Of a DNA stretch of 64,000 nucleotides, positions 9,344 to 17,411 are shown piece by piece. Position 1 is the first letter of the stretch. Each line of letters starts with the position of its first letter. The DNA comes from Candidatus Saccharimonadales bacterium (GTDB lineage: Bacteria; Chloroflexota; Dormibacteria; Aeolococcales; Aeolococcaceae): the NCBI GenBank assembly GCA_035532495.1, contig DATKQX010000134.1, forward strand, positions 67,051-131,050, read 5' to 3'. The notes under the pieces are model-generated. The model did not search any database. It saw only the letters and a program-made list of their open reading frames with translations, and was not told the DNA's origin. A program made the position numbers and the translations under genes.

Positions 9344-9356
9344 AGGAGGATTTCCG

Positions 9357-9713
9357 GTGAAGCAGTACATGCTCAGCGTCTGCGCAGTCGACGGTGCCCC
9401 GACCCCTTCCGCGGAAGAGACGGCGAAGATGTTCCACGACGTGGACGTGCTCAACGACGAGATTCGCGCGGCCGGCGCCTGGGTCTTCGCGGGTGGCATG
9501 GATCCGATCGCGAACTCGACGGTCGTGCGAGTCCAGGCTGGCGCGGTGCTCACGACGGACGGCCCGTTCGCCGAAGGCAAGGAGTACGTCGGTGGGTTCT
9601 GGGTCATCAAGGCCGAGGACCTGGACGCGGCACTCGCGTGGGCGGCCAAGGGGACGGTGGCGTGCGGCGCGCCCGTCGAGGTACGTCCCTTCCAGGAAGC
9701 GACGGAAGACTGA
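9357..9713 (+). CDS. YCII-related / DGPF domain protein (copy 2)
   Basis: 118 aa with motifs [11 protein letters not shown] and [18 protein letters not shown] start 7 nt after the SD. Confidence 0.9.
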   Translation: MKQYMLSVCAVDGAPTPSAEETAKMFHDVDVLNDEIRAAGAWVFAGGMDPIANSTVVRVQAGAVLTTDGPFAEGKEYVGGFWVIKAEDLDAALAWAAKGTVACGAPVEVRPFQEATED

Positions 9714-9718
9714 TTTCC

Positions 9719-10942
9719 GTGACGGTGACGGTCAGCAGTTCCGAGATCGAACGTGTCTTTCGTGAGGAATACGGCCGCGCCGTCTCCGTGCTGGTCCGAT
9801 CGTTCGGCGACATCGACATTGCCGAGGAGGCAGTCCAGGAAGCGTTCATCGTTGCGGCGCAACGGTGGCCCGACAGTGGACTGCCTCCCAGCCCGGCCGG
9901 TTGGATCATCACCACCGCGCGACGGCGCGGCATCGATCGCCTCCGGAGCGAAGCCGCCCGGGCCGATCGCCACGCCAAGGCCGCACTGATGCATGCGGAC
10001 AGCGAGCCCGTTGCTGAAGGCCTCGTGCAGGACGATCGACTTCGCCTCATCTTCACGTGTTGCCACCCGGCGCTCGCCACCAACGTCCAGGTCGCGTTGA
10101 CGCTCCGTCTGCTCGGCGGGTTGTCGACCCCGGAGATCGCGCGTGCGTTCATCGTGCCCGAGGCGACCATGGCGCAGCGGTTGGTGCGCGCGAAGAACAA
10201 GATCCGCGATGCCCGAATCCCATACCGGGTACCGGGTCCGGCAGAGCTTCCCGAGCGGCTGCAGCCCGTGCTGACCGTTGTCTACCTCATCTTCAACGAG
10301 GGGTACGTGGCCAGCTCCGGCGAGCACCTCGATCGCGCGGATCTGTGCACGGAGGCGATCCGATTGGGCCGCCTCCTGGCCGAGCGCATGCCCGATGAGG
10401 ACGAGGTGCTCGGGCTCCTGGCACTGATGTTGCTCGTCAATTCGCGACAGCGCGCTCGCACCTCGCCGGACGGCGAGCTCGTGCTGCTCGCAGACCAGGA
10501 CCGTTCGCAGTGGGACCGTAGTCTCATCACGGAGGGCCAGTCGATGGTGCGTGCGTGCCTGCGGCGAAACCGGCCGGGTCCGTACCAGATCCAGGCAGCG
10601 ATTCAGGCGGTGCACAGCGATGCCGGCACTGCGGCCGAGACCGACTGGGGGCAGATCGTGCAGCTCTACGACCAGCTCCTCGCAGTGACACCGACGCGGG
10701 TCGTTGCGCTGAACCGCGCCGTCGCGCTCGCGGAGGTTCGAGGCGCTGAGGCGGCACTGTCAGCGATCGAGGGCCCCGGCCTCGATGACTACTATCTCTT
10801 GCACGCAGTGCGCGCGGATCTGCTGAGCAGAGTGGCCCGGAACGACGAGGCGCGGAGCGAATATGACGCGGCGCTCGCGCTCACATCCAACGAGGCGGAG
10901 CGCACGTTTCTCGCGCGAGCCCGCGCAGCGCTGCCTGCGTAG
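9719..10942 (+). CDS. ECF sigma factor with a long C-terminal helical (TPR-like) extension, ECF42/COG4941 type
   Basis: Sigma-2/sigma-4 regions ([30 protein letters not shown]..., [25 protein letters not shown]) are followed by about 200 aa of helical repeats ([12 protein letters not shown]...). Start is GTG 9719 (or 9725), 6 nt after the DGPF-2 stop. The 550-aa ORF from 9290 is an artefactual extension through DGPF-2. Confidence 0.85.
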   Translation: MTVTVSSSEIERVFREEYGRAVSVLVRSFGDIDIAEEAVQEAFIVAAQRWPDSGLPPSPAGWIITTARRRGIDRLRSEAARADRHAKAALMHADSEPVAEGLVQDDRLRLIFTCCHPALATNVQVALTLRLLGGLSTPEIARAFIVPEATMAQRLVRAKNKIRDARIPYRVPGPAELPERLQPVLTVVYLIFNEGYVASSGEHLDRADLCTEAIRLGRLLAERMPDEDEVLGLLALMLLVNSRQRARTSPDGELVLLADQDRSQWDRSLITEGQSMVRACLRRNRPGPYQIQAAIQAVHSDAGTAAETDWGQIVQLYDQLLAVTPTRVVALNRAVALAEVRGAEAALSAIEGPGLDDYYLLHAVRADLLSRVARNDEARSEYDAALALTSNEAERTFLARARAALPA

Positions 10943-10967
10943 GACAGCTGCGCTGGCGGATCGGAGA

Positions 10968-12017
10968 TCAGCGGAAGCCGATACCCGCGAGCGCTGCTGA
11001 TCCCGGAGAGAGCTTCGAATACGGCACCTGAGCCAGGGGCTGCTGGGTCGTGTTCCCCAGCTCGTGCAGATCGGAGCCTTGCTCGTCGATGTACAGGAGC
11101 CCGGTGACGATCTCACCGCGCCCGCGCGACGCCATCATGTGCTCGAGCACAGCGGCGCGATCCGTGGGGTCGTAGCCGTCCGGGACGTTGCGGAAGCGCA
11201 GCGTCGCCCCATCGTGCATCGGGATGCTGATCACGCCTTCCGGTGGGATCGTCGCAGAGATCTCGTCAGCAGGCGGCACGAAGTCGGTCACCGTCATCTG
11301 CACATCGTGCTGGCGTGTGAACAGGTAGCTCTTGGTCGAGCCCTCATGGTCGTTGAACGTCACGCACGGTGAGATCACGTCGATGATCGCGAGACCGTGA
11401 TGCGCCATCGCGGTGCGGAAGATCGGCACCAGCTGGCGCTTGTCGCCGGAGAATCCACGCGCCAGGAATGTGGCGCCCATCGAGAGGCCGAGCAGCATGG
11501 GATCGATCGGCTGCAGGTGGTTCGCCTCGCCGCGCTTGGTCGTTGAACCGACATCGGCGGACGCCGAGAACTGTCCTTTGGTGAGGCCGTAGACCCCGTT
11601 GTTCTCGATCACGTAGACCATGCGCACATTGCGTCGCACCAGGTGCGCGAGGTGGCCGAGACCGATCGACAGCGAGTCGCCGTCACCGGAGATGCCGATG
11701 CAGAGCAGGTCGCGATTCGCGGCGCTGGCGCCCGTCGCGAGCGGTGGCATCCGGCCATGGCATCCGTTGAAGCCATGGGCACCACGGGCGAAATACGCGG
11801 CCGTCTTCGCGGAGCAACCGATCCCGCTGAGCTTGGCGATCATGCGCGGCGGTGTCGCGGTCTCCCAGAGCGCCTGGGTGATCGCGGCGGTCACCGAGTC
11901 ATGCCCGCATCCGGCGCAGAGCGTCGACATGCCCCCCTCGTAGTCGCGCACCGTGAGGCCGAGCGCGTTGCGCTCGAGGCCGGGGTTGGTGACGGCGGGC
12001 TTGACGATGGACGGCAT
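10968..12017 (-). CDS. korB: 2-oxoacid:acceptor oxidoreductase beta subunit (TPP-binding)
   Basis: 349 aa with the TPP motif GISGDGDSLSIGLGHL...ENNGVYGLTKGQ. Confidence 0.9.
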   Translation of the reverse strand: MPSIVKPAVTNPGLERNALGLTVRDYEGGMSTLCAGCGHDSVTAAITQALWETATPPRMIAKLSGIGCSAKTAAYFARGAHGFNGCHGRMPPLATGASAANRDLLCIGISGDGDSLSIGLGHLAHLVRRNVRMVYVIENNGVYGLTKGQFSASADVGSTTKRGEANHLQPIDPMLLGLSMGATFLARGFSGDKRQLVPIFRTAMAHHGLAIIDVISPCVTFNDHEGSTKSYLFTRQHDVQMTVTDFVPPADEISATIPPEGVISIPMHDGATLRFRNVPDGYDPTDRAAVLEHMMASRGRGEIVTGLLYIDEQGSDLHELGNTTQQPLAQVPYSKLSPGSAALAGIGFR

Positions 12018-12020
12018 GGC

Positions 12021-13841
12021 TCAGGCCCCCACGATTCGTGTGACACCGTCAACGACGTCCTCGGCGCTGAGCGGGAAGCCGCCGTACACGAGCACCGACT
12101 CGAGCTGCTCTTTGGACACCGGGGTTTCCAGGGTGAGCAGGGTCCGCAACTGCCCGTCGCGGTTCTGCTCGACGACGACGATGGTCTCGTGCGCAGCGAG
12201 GAACGCGCGGACTGCGGCACAGAACGGAAACCCACGCACGCGCATGTAATCGGCGACGACACCGTGCTTCGCGAGGAGGCCGATCGCCTCGAGCACCGCG
12301 AGCTCGCAACTGCCGAGGGTCACGATGCCGAGCGGCGCGTGCGCGCTGTCCTCGATCATCGGCGCGGGGATGTGCTCTGCGACGGCGGTGTGCTTGCGCG
12401 CAAGCCGGTCGACAACCGCCTGGTACACCTCAGGAGTCTCCGTGTACGCGCCGTCGCTGCCATGCCCGGAACCGCGGGTGAAATACGCGCCGAGCTCACT
12501 GACGCCGGGGAGCGTGCGCGCCGCGACGGAGTCGGCGTCCGCGGGCTCGTACCGATGGAACACCTCGAGCTCACGCAGCGCAGCGGCGTCGAGCACGCGA
12601 CCGCGATCCGGAGTGTAGTCGTCGTCCCACTCGAACGCCGGACTCACCCAGTCGTTCATGCCGATGTCGAGATCCGAGAGCACGAACACCGGCGTCTGGA
12701 AGCGCTCGGCGAGGTCGAACGCGGTCGGCGCCATCGAGAAGCACTCGGCCGGGTTGGCGGGAAAGAGCAGCACGTGCTTCGTGTCGCCGTGCGACGCATA
12801 CGCGCAGCTGAGGATGTCAGCCTGCTGCACCCGGGTGGGCATGCCCGTCGACGGTCCCGTGCGCTGCACATCGAAGACGACGGCGGGCACCTCGGCGTAG
12901 TAGCCCATGCCGAGCAGCTCCTGCATCAGCGAGATACCTGGCCCTGACGTCGATGTGAAGGCGCGCGCGCCCGCCCACGACGCACCGATGACCATGCCGA
13001 TCGCCGCCAGCTCATCCTCGGCCTGGAGCACCAGGTAGTTGTTCTTCCCGGTGTCGGGATCACGCCGGAACTTGGCGCAATACTTGGCGAATGCGTCCAT
13101 GAGCGACGTCGACGGCGTGATCGGGTACCAGGCCGCGACGGTCGCGCCCGCATACACGCAGCCAAGTGCCGCGGCGGTGTTGCCGTCGATGAGGATCGAT
13201 CCTTTCGTTGCATCCATCGTCTCGACCCGGCACGGCAGCGGGTACTCGAAGTGCCCGGTCGCGAAGTCGTGGCCGAGCCGCAGGGCCGTCTGATTGGACT
13301 CGCGGAGCCGCTCCTTGCCGGCGAACTGCTCGGTGAGGAGCTGCGCGATGACGTCCATGTCAAGCCCGAGCATCGCCACGAGCGCGCCGGCGCACGCGAT
13401 GTTCTTCATGAGGATGCGCTCGCGCGGGCCGCGGAACGCGTCGTTGCACATCTCGGCAAGCGGCACGCCCAGGTAGGTCACGTCCTCGCGGATCAGGTCG
13501 CGGTCGAGCGGCCACGACGAGTCGTACATCGTGTACCCGCCGCTCACCACCTCCGCAATGTCGCTCGCGTAGGTCTGGCCGTTCATCGCCACCATGACGT
13601 CGTACCGGCGCGCGCGAGCGACGTGACCGTCCTTGTTGACTCGGATCTCGTACCACGTCGGCAGCCCCTGGATGTTCGACGGAAAGAGGTTCTTACCGGA
13701 CACGGGGACGCCCATCCGGAAGATGGCGCGCATCAACAGGGTGCTCGCGCTCGACGATCCCGTCCCGTTGACGTTGGCGAGCTTGATCGCAAAGTCGTTG
13801 ACCTTCGAACGTGCGTCGGCGGACGCGAGCTCTGGGGTCAT
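12021..13841 (-). CDS. korA: 2-oxoacid:acceptor oxidoreductase alpha subunit
   Basis: 606 aa, with typical KorA N-terminus (NGTGSSSASTLLMRAIFRMGVPVSGKNLFPSNIQGLPTWY) and a pyruvate-flavodoxin oxidoreductase core. Confidence 0.9.
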   Translation of the reverse strand: MTPELASADARSKVNDFAIKLANVNGTGSSSASTLLMRAIFRMGVPVSGKNLFPSNIQGLPTWYEIRVNKDGHVARARRYDVMVAMNGQTYASDIAEVVSGGYTMYDSSWPLDRDLIREDVTYLGVPLAEMCNDAFRGPRERILMKNIACAGALVAMLGLDMDVIAQLLTEQFAGKERLRESNQTALRLGHDFATGHFEYPLPCRVETMDATKGSILIDGNTAAALGCVYAGATVAAWYPITPSTSLMDAFAKYCAKFRRDPDTGKNNYLVLQAEDELAAIGMVIGASWAGARAFTSTSGPGISLMQELLGMGYYAEVPAVVFDVQRTGPSTGMPTRVQQADILSCAYASHGDTKHVLLFPANPAECFSMAPTAFDLAERFQTPVFVLSDLDIGMNDWVSPAFEWDDDYTPDRGRVLDAAALRELEVFHRYEPADADSVAARTLPGVSELGAYFTRGSGHGSDGAYTETPEVYQAVVDRLARKHTAVAEHIPAPMIEDSAHAPLGIVTLGSCELAVLEAIGLLAKHGVVADYMRVRGFPFCAAVRAFLAAHETIVVVEQNRDGQLRTLLTLETPVSKEQLESVLVYGGFPLSAEDVVDGVTRIVGA

Positions 13842-15622
13842 GAGGGCACCGGGGTGGGTGTTGGCGTGGACATCGCGAGCGGGATGAGCAGCTCGAACTT
13901 GAGCATGTCCCAGGCCGCTGTCGGACAGCGCTCGGCGCAGAGACCGCAGTGCACGCAGAGGTCCTCGTCCTTGACCATCACGCGTCCGGTCTGCGGTAGC
14001 GCGGCCGACACGTAGAGGGCCTGGTCGCGGTTCCTGGCAGGCGCGGAAAGTCGCGTGCGCAGATCGGCCTCATCACCGTTCTCGGTGATCGTCAGGCACT
14101 GCACCGGGCAGATGTCGATGCACGCGTCGCACTCGATGCAGAGTGGCGCCTGGAACACCGTCTCAATGTCGCAGTTCAGGCAGCGCTGCACCTCGCGTGC
14201 GGTCTGCTCGGCGGAGAAGCCCATCTCCACCTCGGTCCCGATGCTCCGGAAGCGCTCCGTCAACTCGACATGCTGCATGCGCTGCCGGGCGGAGGGGTTG
14301 TAATCGTTGTTGTAGCTCCACTCGGTGAGCCCCATCTTCTGACTGACCAGGTTCATCCGCTGCGGCGGACGCTCGGTGACCGCCACTCCCTCGCAATGGT
14401 TGTGGATCGAGATCGCGGCCTGGTGGCCGTGCTCGACGGCCCAGATGATGTTCTTGGGTCCCCTCGCGGAGTCACCGCCGAAGAACACACCCGGCAGCGA
14501 CGACTGGAACGTCACCGGATCGACGACGGGCATGTCCCAGTCGCCGACTTCGAGACCGAGGTCGCGCTCGATCCAGGGGAAGGCGTTCTCCTGCCCGATC
14601 GCGAGGATGACGTCGTCGCAGGGGATCACGATGGTGTCGATGACCGTCGAGTGCCGTGCCTGCTCGTCCCACTCGAGACGCTGGAACTCCATCCCGGTGA
14701 GCCTCCCGTTCTCGATGACGAAGCGAGTTGGTGCATGGTCCACGAGGATCTCCACGCCTTCCTCCTCGGCATCCTCGAGCTCCCATGACGAGGCTTTGAA
14801 GAAGGTTCGGGGCCGCCGCGCCATCACCTTGATGTGCTTGCCGCCGAGCCGGAGCGACGAGCGGCAGCAATCCATCGCGGTGTTGCCGACGCCGATGATC
14901 AGGACGCGCTCGCCGATCGATTCGGTGTGACCGAAGGCGATCGACTCGAGCCAGTCGATTCCTATGTGGATCCGGTCGCTGTCGTGCCGCCCGGGGATAT
15001 CGAGATCCTTGCCGCGCGGTGCGCCAGTGCCGATGAAGATGGCGTCGTAGTCCTGCGCGAGAAGCTCACGGAGGCTGTTCACCGGCGTGTTGAGGCGCAG
15101 GTCGACGCCCATGTCGACGATGGTCGCGATCTCCTCGTCGAGGATCTCCGCCGGAAGCCGGAACGACGGGATGTTGGTTCGCATCAGCCCCCCGGCCACG
15201 TCGTGCTGCTCGAGCATGACCACCTCGTAGCCGACGGGGAGGAGATCGTTCGCGACGGTCAGCGACGCCGGTCCGGCGCCGACGCAGACGACCCGCCGCC
15301 CGTTCTTCACCTTTGGGATCATCGGGAGGCGATCGACGATGTCCCCGCGGAGATCCGACGCCACCCGCTTGAGGCGGCAGATCGCAACCGGCGCACCGTC
15401 GATCCGGGTTCGCCGGCAGGCCGGTTCGCAGGGACGGTCGCAGGTTCGCCCGAGGATCCCCGGAAAGACGTTCGACTCCCGGTTCGACATGTAGGCGTCC
15501 GTATACCGTCCCTGGGCGATCAGCCGTATGTATTCGGGGACGTTGGTGTGCGCCGGACATGCCCACTGGCAGTCGACCACCCTATGGAAATAGTTCGGGT
15601 CGTCAGTGTCGGTTGGGTTCAC
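13838..15622 (-). CDS. GltD-like NAD(P)H/FAD oxidoreductase fused to a 2x[4Fe-4S] ferredoxin domain (KorC-like third subunit)
   Basis: 594 aa. N-terminal Fe-S region CQWACPAH...CDRPCEPAC; two dinucleotide folds (VVCVGAGPASL, VLIIGVGNTAMDC); C-terminal CLNCDIE...CIECDACIDICP and CVHCGLCAERCP. ATGA overlap with korA (13838-13841). Confidence 0.8.
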   Translation of the reverse strand: MNPTDTDDPNYFHRVVDCQWACPAHTNVPEYIRLIAQGRYTDAYMSNRESNVFPGILGRTCDRPCEPACRRTRIDGAPVAICRLKRVASDLRGDIVDRLPMIPKVKNGRRVVCVGAGPASLTVANDLLPVGYEVVMLEQHDVAGGLMRTNIPSFRLPAEILDEEIATIVDMGVDLRLNTPVNSLRELLAQDYDAIFIGTGAPRGKDLDIPGRHDSDRIHIGIDWLESIAFGHTESIGERVLIIGVGNTAMDCCRSSLRLGGKHIKVMARRPRTFFKASSWELEDAEEEGVEILVDHAPTRFVIENGRLTGMEFQRLEWDEQARHSTVIDTIVIPCDDVILAIGQENAFPWIERDLGLEVGDWDMPVVDPVTFQSSLPGVFFGGDSARGPKNIIWAVEHGHQAAISIHNHCEGVAVTERPPQRMNLVSQKMGLTEWSYNNDYNPSARQRMQHVELTERFRSIGTEVEMGFSAEQTAREVQRCLNCDIETVFQAPLCIECDACIDICPVQCLTITENGDEADLRTRLSAPARNRDQALYVSAALPQTGRVMVKDEDLCVHCGLCAERCPTAAWDMLKFELLIPLAMSTPTPTPVPS

Positions 15623-15685
15623 GAAATGGATCTGATTCCCTGGACGGGGTTGAATTCACTTCTATGGTGACACCGTGTCGCCAGC

Positions 15686-16768
15686 ATGCGGCTCTTCAAG
15701 CGCACCTCCGCGCCGCCGAACCGGCCGCCGATACACTCTGCCTCGATGGGTGACCTTCGCTACGCAGACGCCGGCGTCGATATCGATGAGGGCAACCGTG
15801 CCGTCAGCCTGATCCGGCGCACCATCGCCTCGACCCATTCGGCGCAGGTCCTTGGCGGCATCGGCGCCTTCAGCGGCCTGTTCGCGCTCGAGCAGGACAA
15901 CCCCAGCTCGACGGTGCTCGCCTCGAGCACGGATTCCGTCGGGACCAAGGTGAAGGTGGCGATCGCGACCGGCCGGCACCGCGGGATCGGCATCGACCTC
16001 GTCAACCACTGCGTCAACGACATCCTCTGCTGCGGGGCCGAGCCGCTCTTCTTCCTCGACTACTACGCCACCGGCAAGCTGATCCCGGAGCACCTCGCGG
16101 AACTGATCGAGGGCATCGCTGAGGCCTGCCGCTCGGCCGGATGCGCGCTCATCGGCGGCGAGACCGCGGAGATGCCGGGCGTCTACGCGCTCGGCGACTA
16201 CGACATCGCCGGCTTCATCGTGGGATCCGTTCAGCGCGACGCGATCATCGACGGCAGCCTCGTGGTGGCCGGGGACCAGCTCTACGCGCTCCCGAGCAGC
16301 GGCCTGCACACCAACGGGTATTCGCTGGTGCGTCACATCGTCGCCGAACACGAGCTGCAATGGAGCGATGTCCTTCCGGGCACCGACCGCCCGCTCGTCG
16401 ACCTCCTGCTCGAGCCGCACCGCGCATATCTCCACGCCATTCGCGAGATGCGCACACAGACAGCCATCCACGCCATGGCGCACATCACCGGTGGCGGCGT
16501 CATCGACAACGTGCCCCGGGTGCTCCCCGAAGGCCTCGCCGCAACCATCGACCGTTCCACGTGGAACATCCCTCCGATCTTCGACGCCCTCCAGAAGGCG
16601 GGGAGCGTCCATCTCGACGAGATGTGGCGCACGTTCAACATGGGCGTGGGGATGGTGGTCATCGTTCCCGCGGACGCTCCTTCGATCGACGCAGCCGCCG
16701 GGATCCCCGTCTGGCGCATCGGCGAGGTGGTCCCCCAGAGCGGCTCACGGCGGGTCATCCTCCGGTGA
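15686..16768 (+). CDS. purM: phosphoribosylformylglycinamidine cyclo-ligase (AIR synthetase)
   Basis: YADAGVDIDEGNRAV... motif and full-length PurM similarity. Alternative start is ATG 15746, but the 20 upstream codons keep high GC3, so 15686 is retained. Confidence 0.93.
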   Translation: MRLFKRTSAPPNRPPIHSASMGDLRYADAGVDIDEGNRAVSLIRRTIASTHSAQVLGGIGAFSGLFALEQDNPSSTVLASSTDSVGTKVKVAIATGRHRGIGIDLVNHCVNDILCCGAEPLFFLDYYATGKLIPEHLAELIEGIAEACRSAGCALIGGETAEMPGVYALGDYDIAGFIVGSVQRDAIIDGSLVVAGDQLYALPSSGLHTNGYSLVRHIVAEHELQWSDVLPGTDRPLVDLLLEPHRAYLHAIREMRTQTAIHAMAHITGGGVIDNVPRVLPEGLAATIDRSTWNIPPIFDALQKAGSVHLDEMWRTFNMGVGMVVIVPADAPSIDAAAGIPVWRIGEVVPQSGSRRVILR

Positions 16769-17409
16769 GTGCGCGTACCCCGATCGGGGTGCTGGTGTCG
16801 GGGGCTGGAACCAATCTCAAGGCGTTGCTCAAAGCCGGCACAGCCGCGGACTTCCCGGCGGAGGTGGCACTCGTCATCTCCAATCGGGCCACGGCGGGCG
16901 CGCTCGACATCGCCCGGAGCCACGGGGTCAGCGCGGTCGCGCTGCCGCAGTCGGACTTCGGGGGTGACGCAAGGCTCCGTGACCGCCAGATGCGCGATCG
17001 GTTCCGCGCCGCGGGGGTGCGCCTGATCGTTTGTGCCGGATACGACCGGATCCTCAGCGACGAGTTCCTCGATGCGTTTCCGGACGCGATCCTCAACGTG
17101 CACCCGTCGCTGCTGCCGGCATTCGGCGGCGGTATGGACGCCGTCGAGCAGGCGCTGGCGCGCGGCGTCAAGGTCACGGGATGCACCGTCCAACTCCTCG
17201 ATCGCGGCGAGGCCGACGGCGGACCGATCGTTCTCCAGGCGGCGGTGCCGGTCGAAGCCGAGGACGACGCCGCGACTCTCCGGCGCCGCATCCACGACCG
17301 GGAGTGGGAGCTGCTGCCCCAGGCAGTCGCCCTCTGGTGCACCGGTCGCATCGTTCGCGACGGTGATCGAGCGCGCGTGCTCCCCGCACCCGCGACGGCT
17401 CCGGTCTGA
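16765..17409 (+). CDS. purN: phosphoribosylglycinamide formyltransferase
   Basis: GTG 16765 overlaps the purM stop (GTGA). Motifs IGVLVSGAGTNL and NVHPSLLPAFGG. The 422-aa ORF from 16141 is an artefactual extension. Confidence 0.9.
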   Translation: MSARTPIGVLVSGAGTNLKALLKAGTAADFPAEVALVISNRATAGALDIARSHGVSAVALPQSDFGGDARLRDRQMRDRFRAAGVRLIVCAGYDRILSDEFLDAFPDAILNVHPSLLPAFGGGMDAVEQALARGVKVTGCTVQLLDRGEADGGPIVLQAAVPVEAEDDAATLRRRIHDREWELLPQAVALWCTGRIVRDGDRARVLPAPATAPV

Positions 17410-17411
17410 GC

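Larger units (their letters stand above)
8761..9713 (+). repeat. ancient tandem duplication (unit about 495 bp) of promoter + leader + DGPF/YCII gene
   Basis: 8761-9255 and 9256-9713 are colinear: CTGTCGATT..., the same motif spacing, AGGAGGA, and 118-codon paralogues with 67/118 identical residues in an ungapped hand alignment. Confidence 0.75.

Noticed and set aside
15623-15745. ZTP (pfl) riboswitch or another purine-responsive element upstream of purM, and elsewhere in front of purH/purN.
   Set aside because: No GGGUCGUGACUGGCG-like 5' half and no CCGCCUGGGC 3' pseudoknot element is present. purN and purH are translationally coupled with no leader. Part of this region may be the purM N-terminus.
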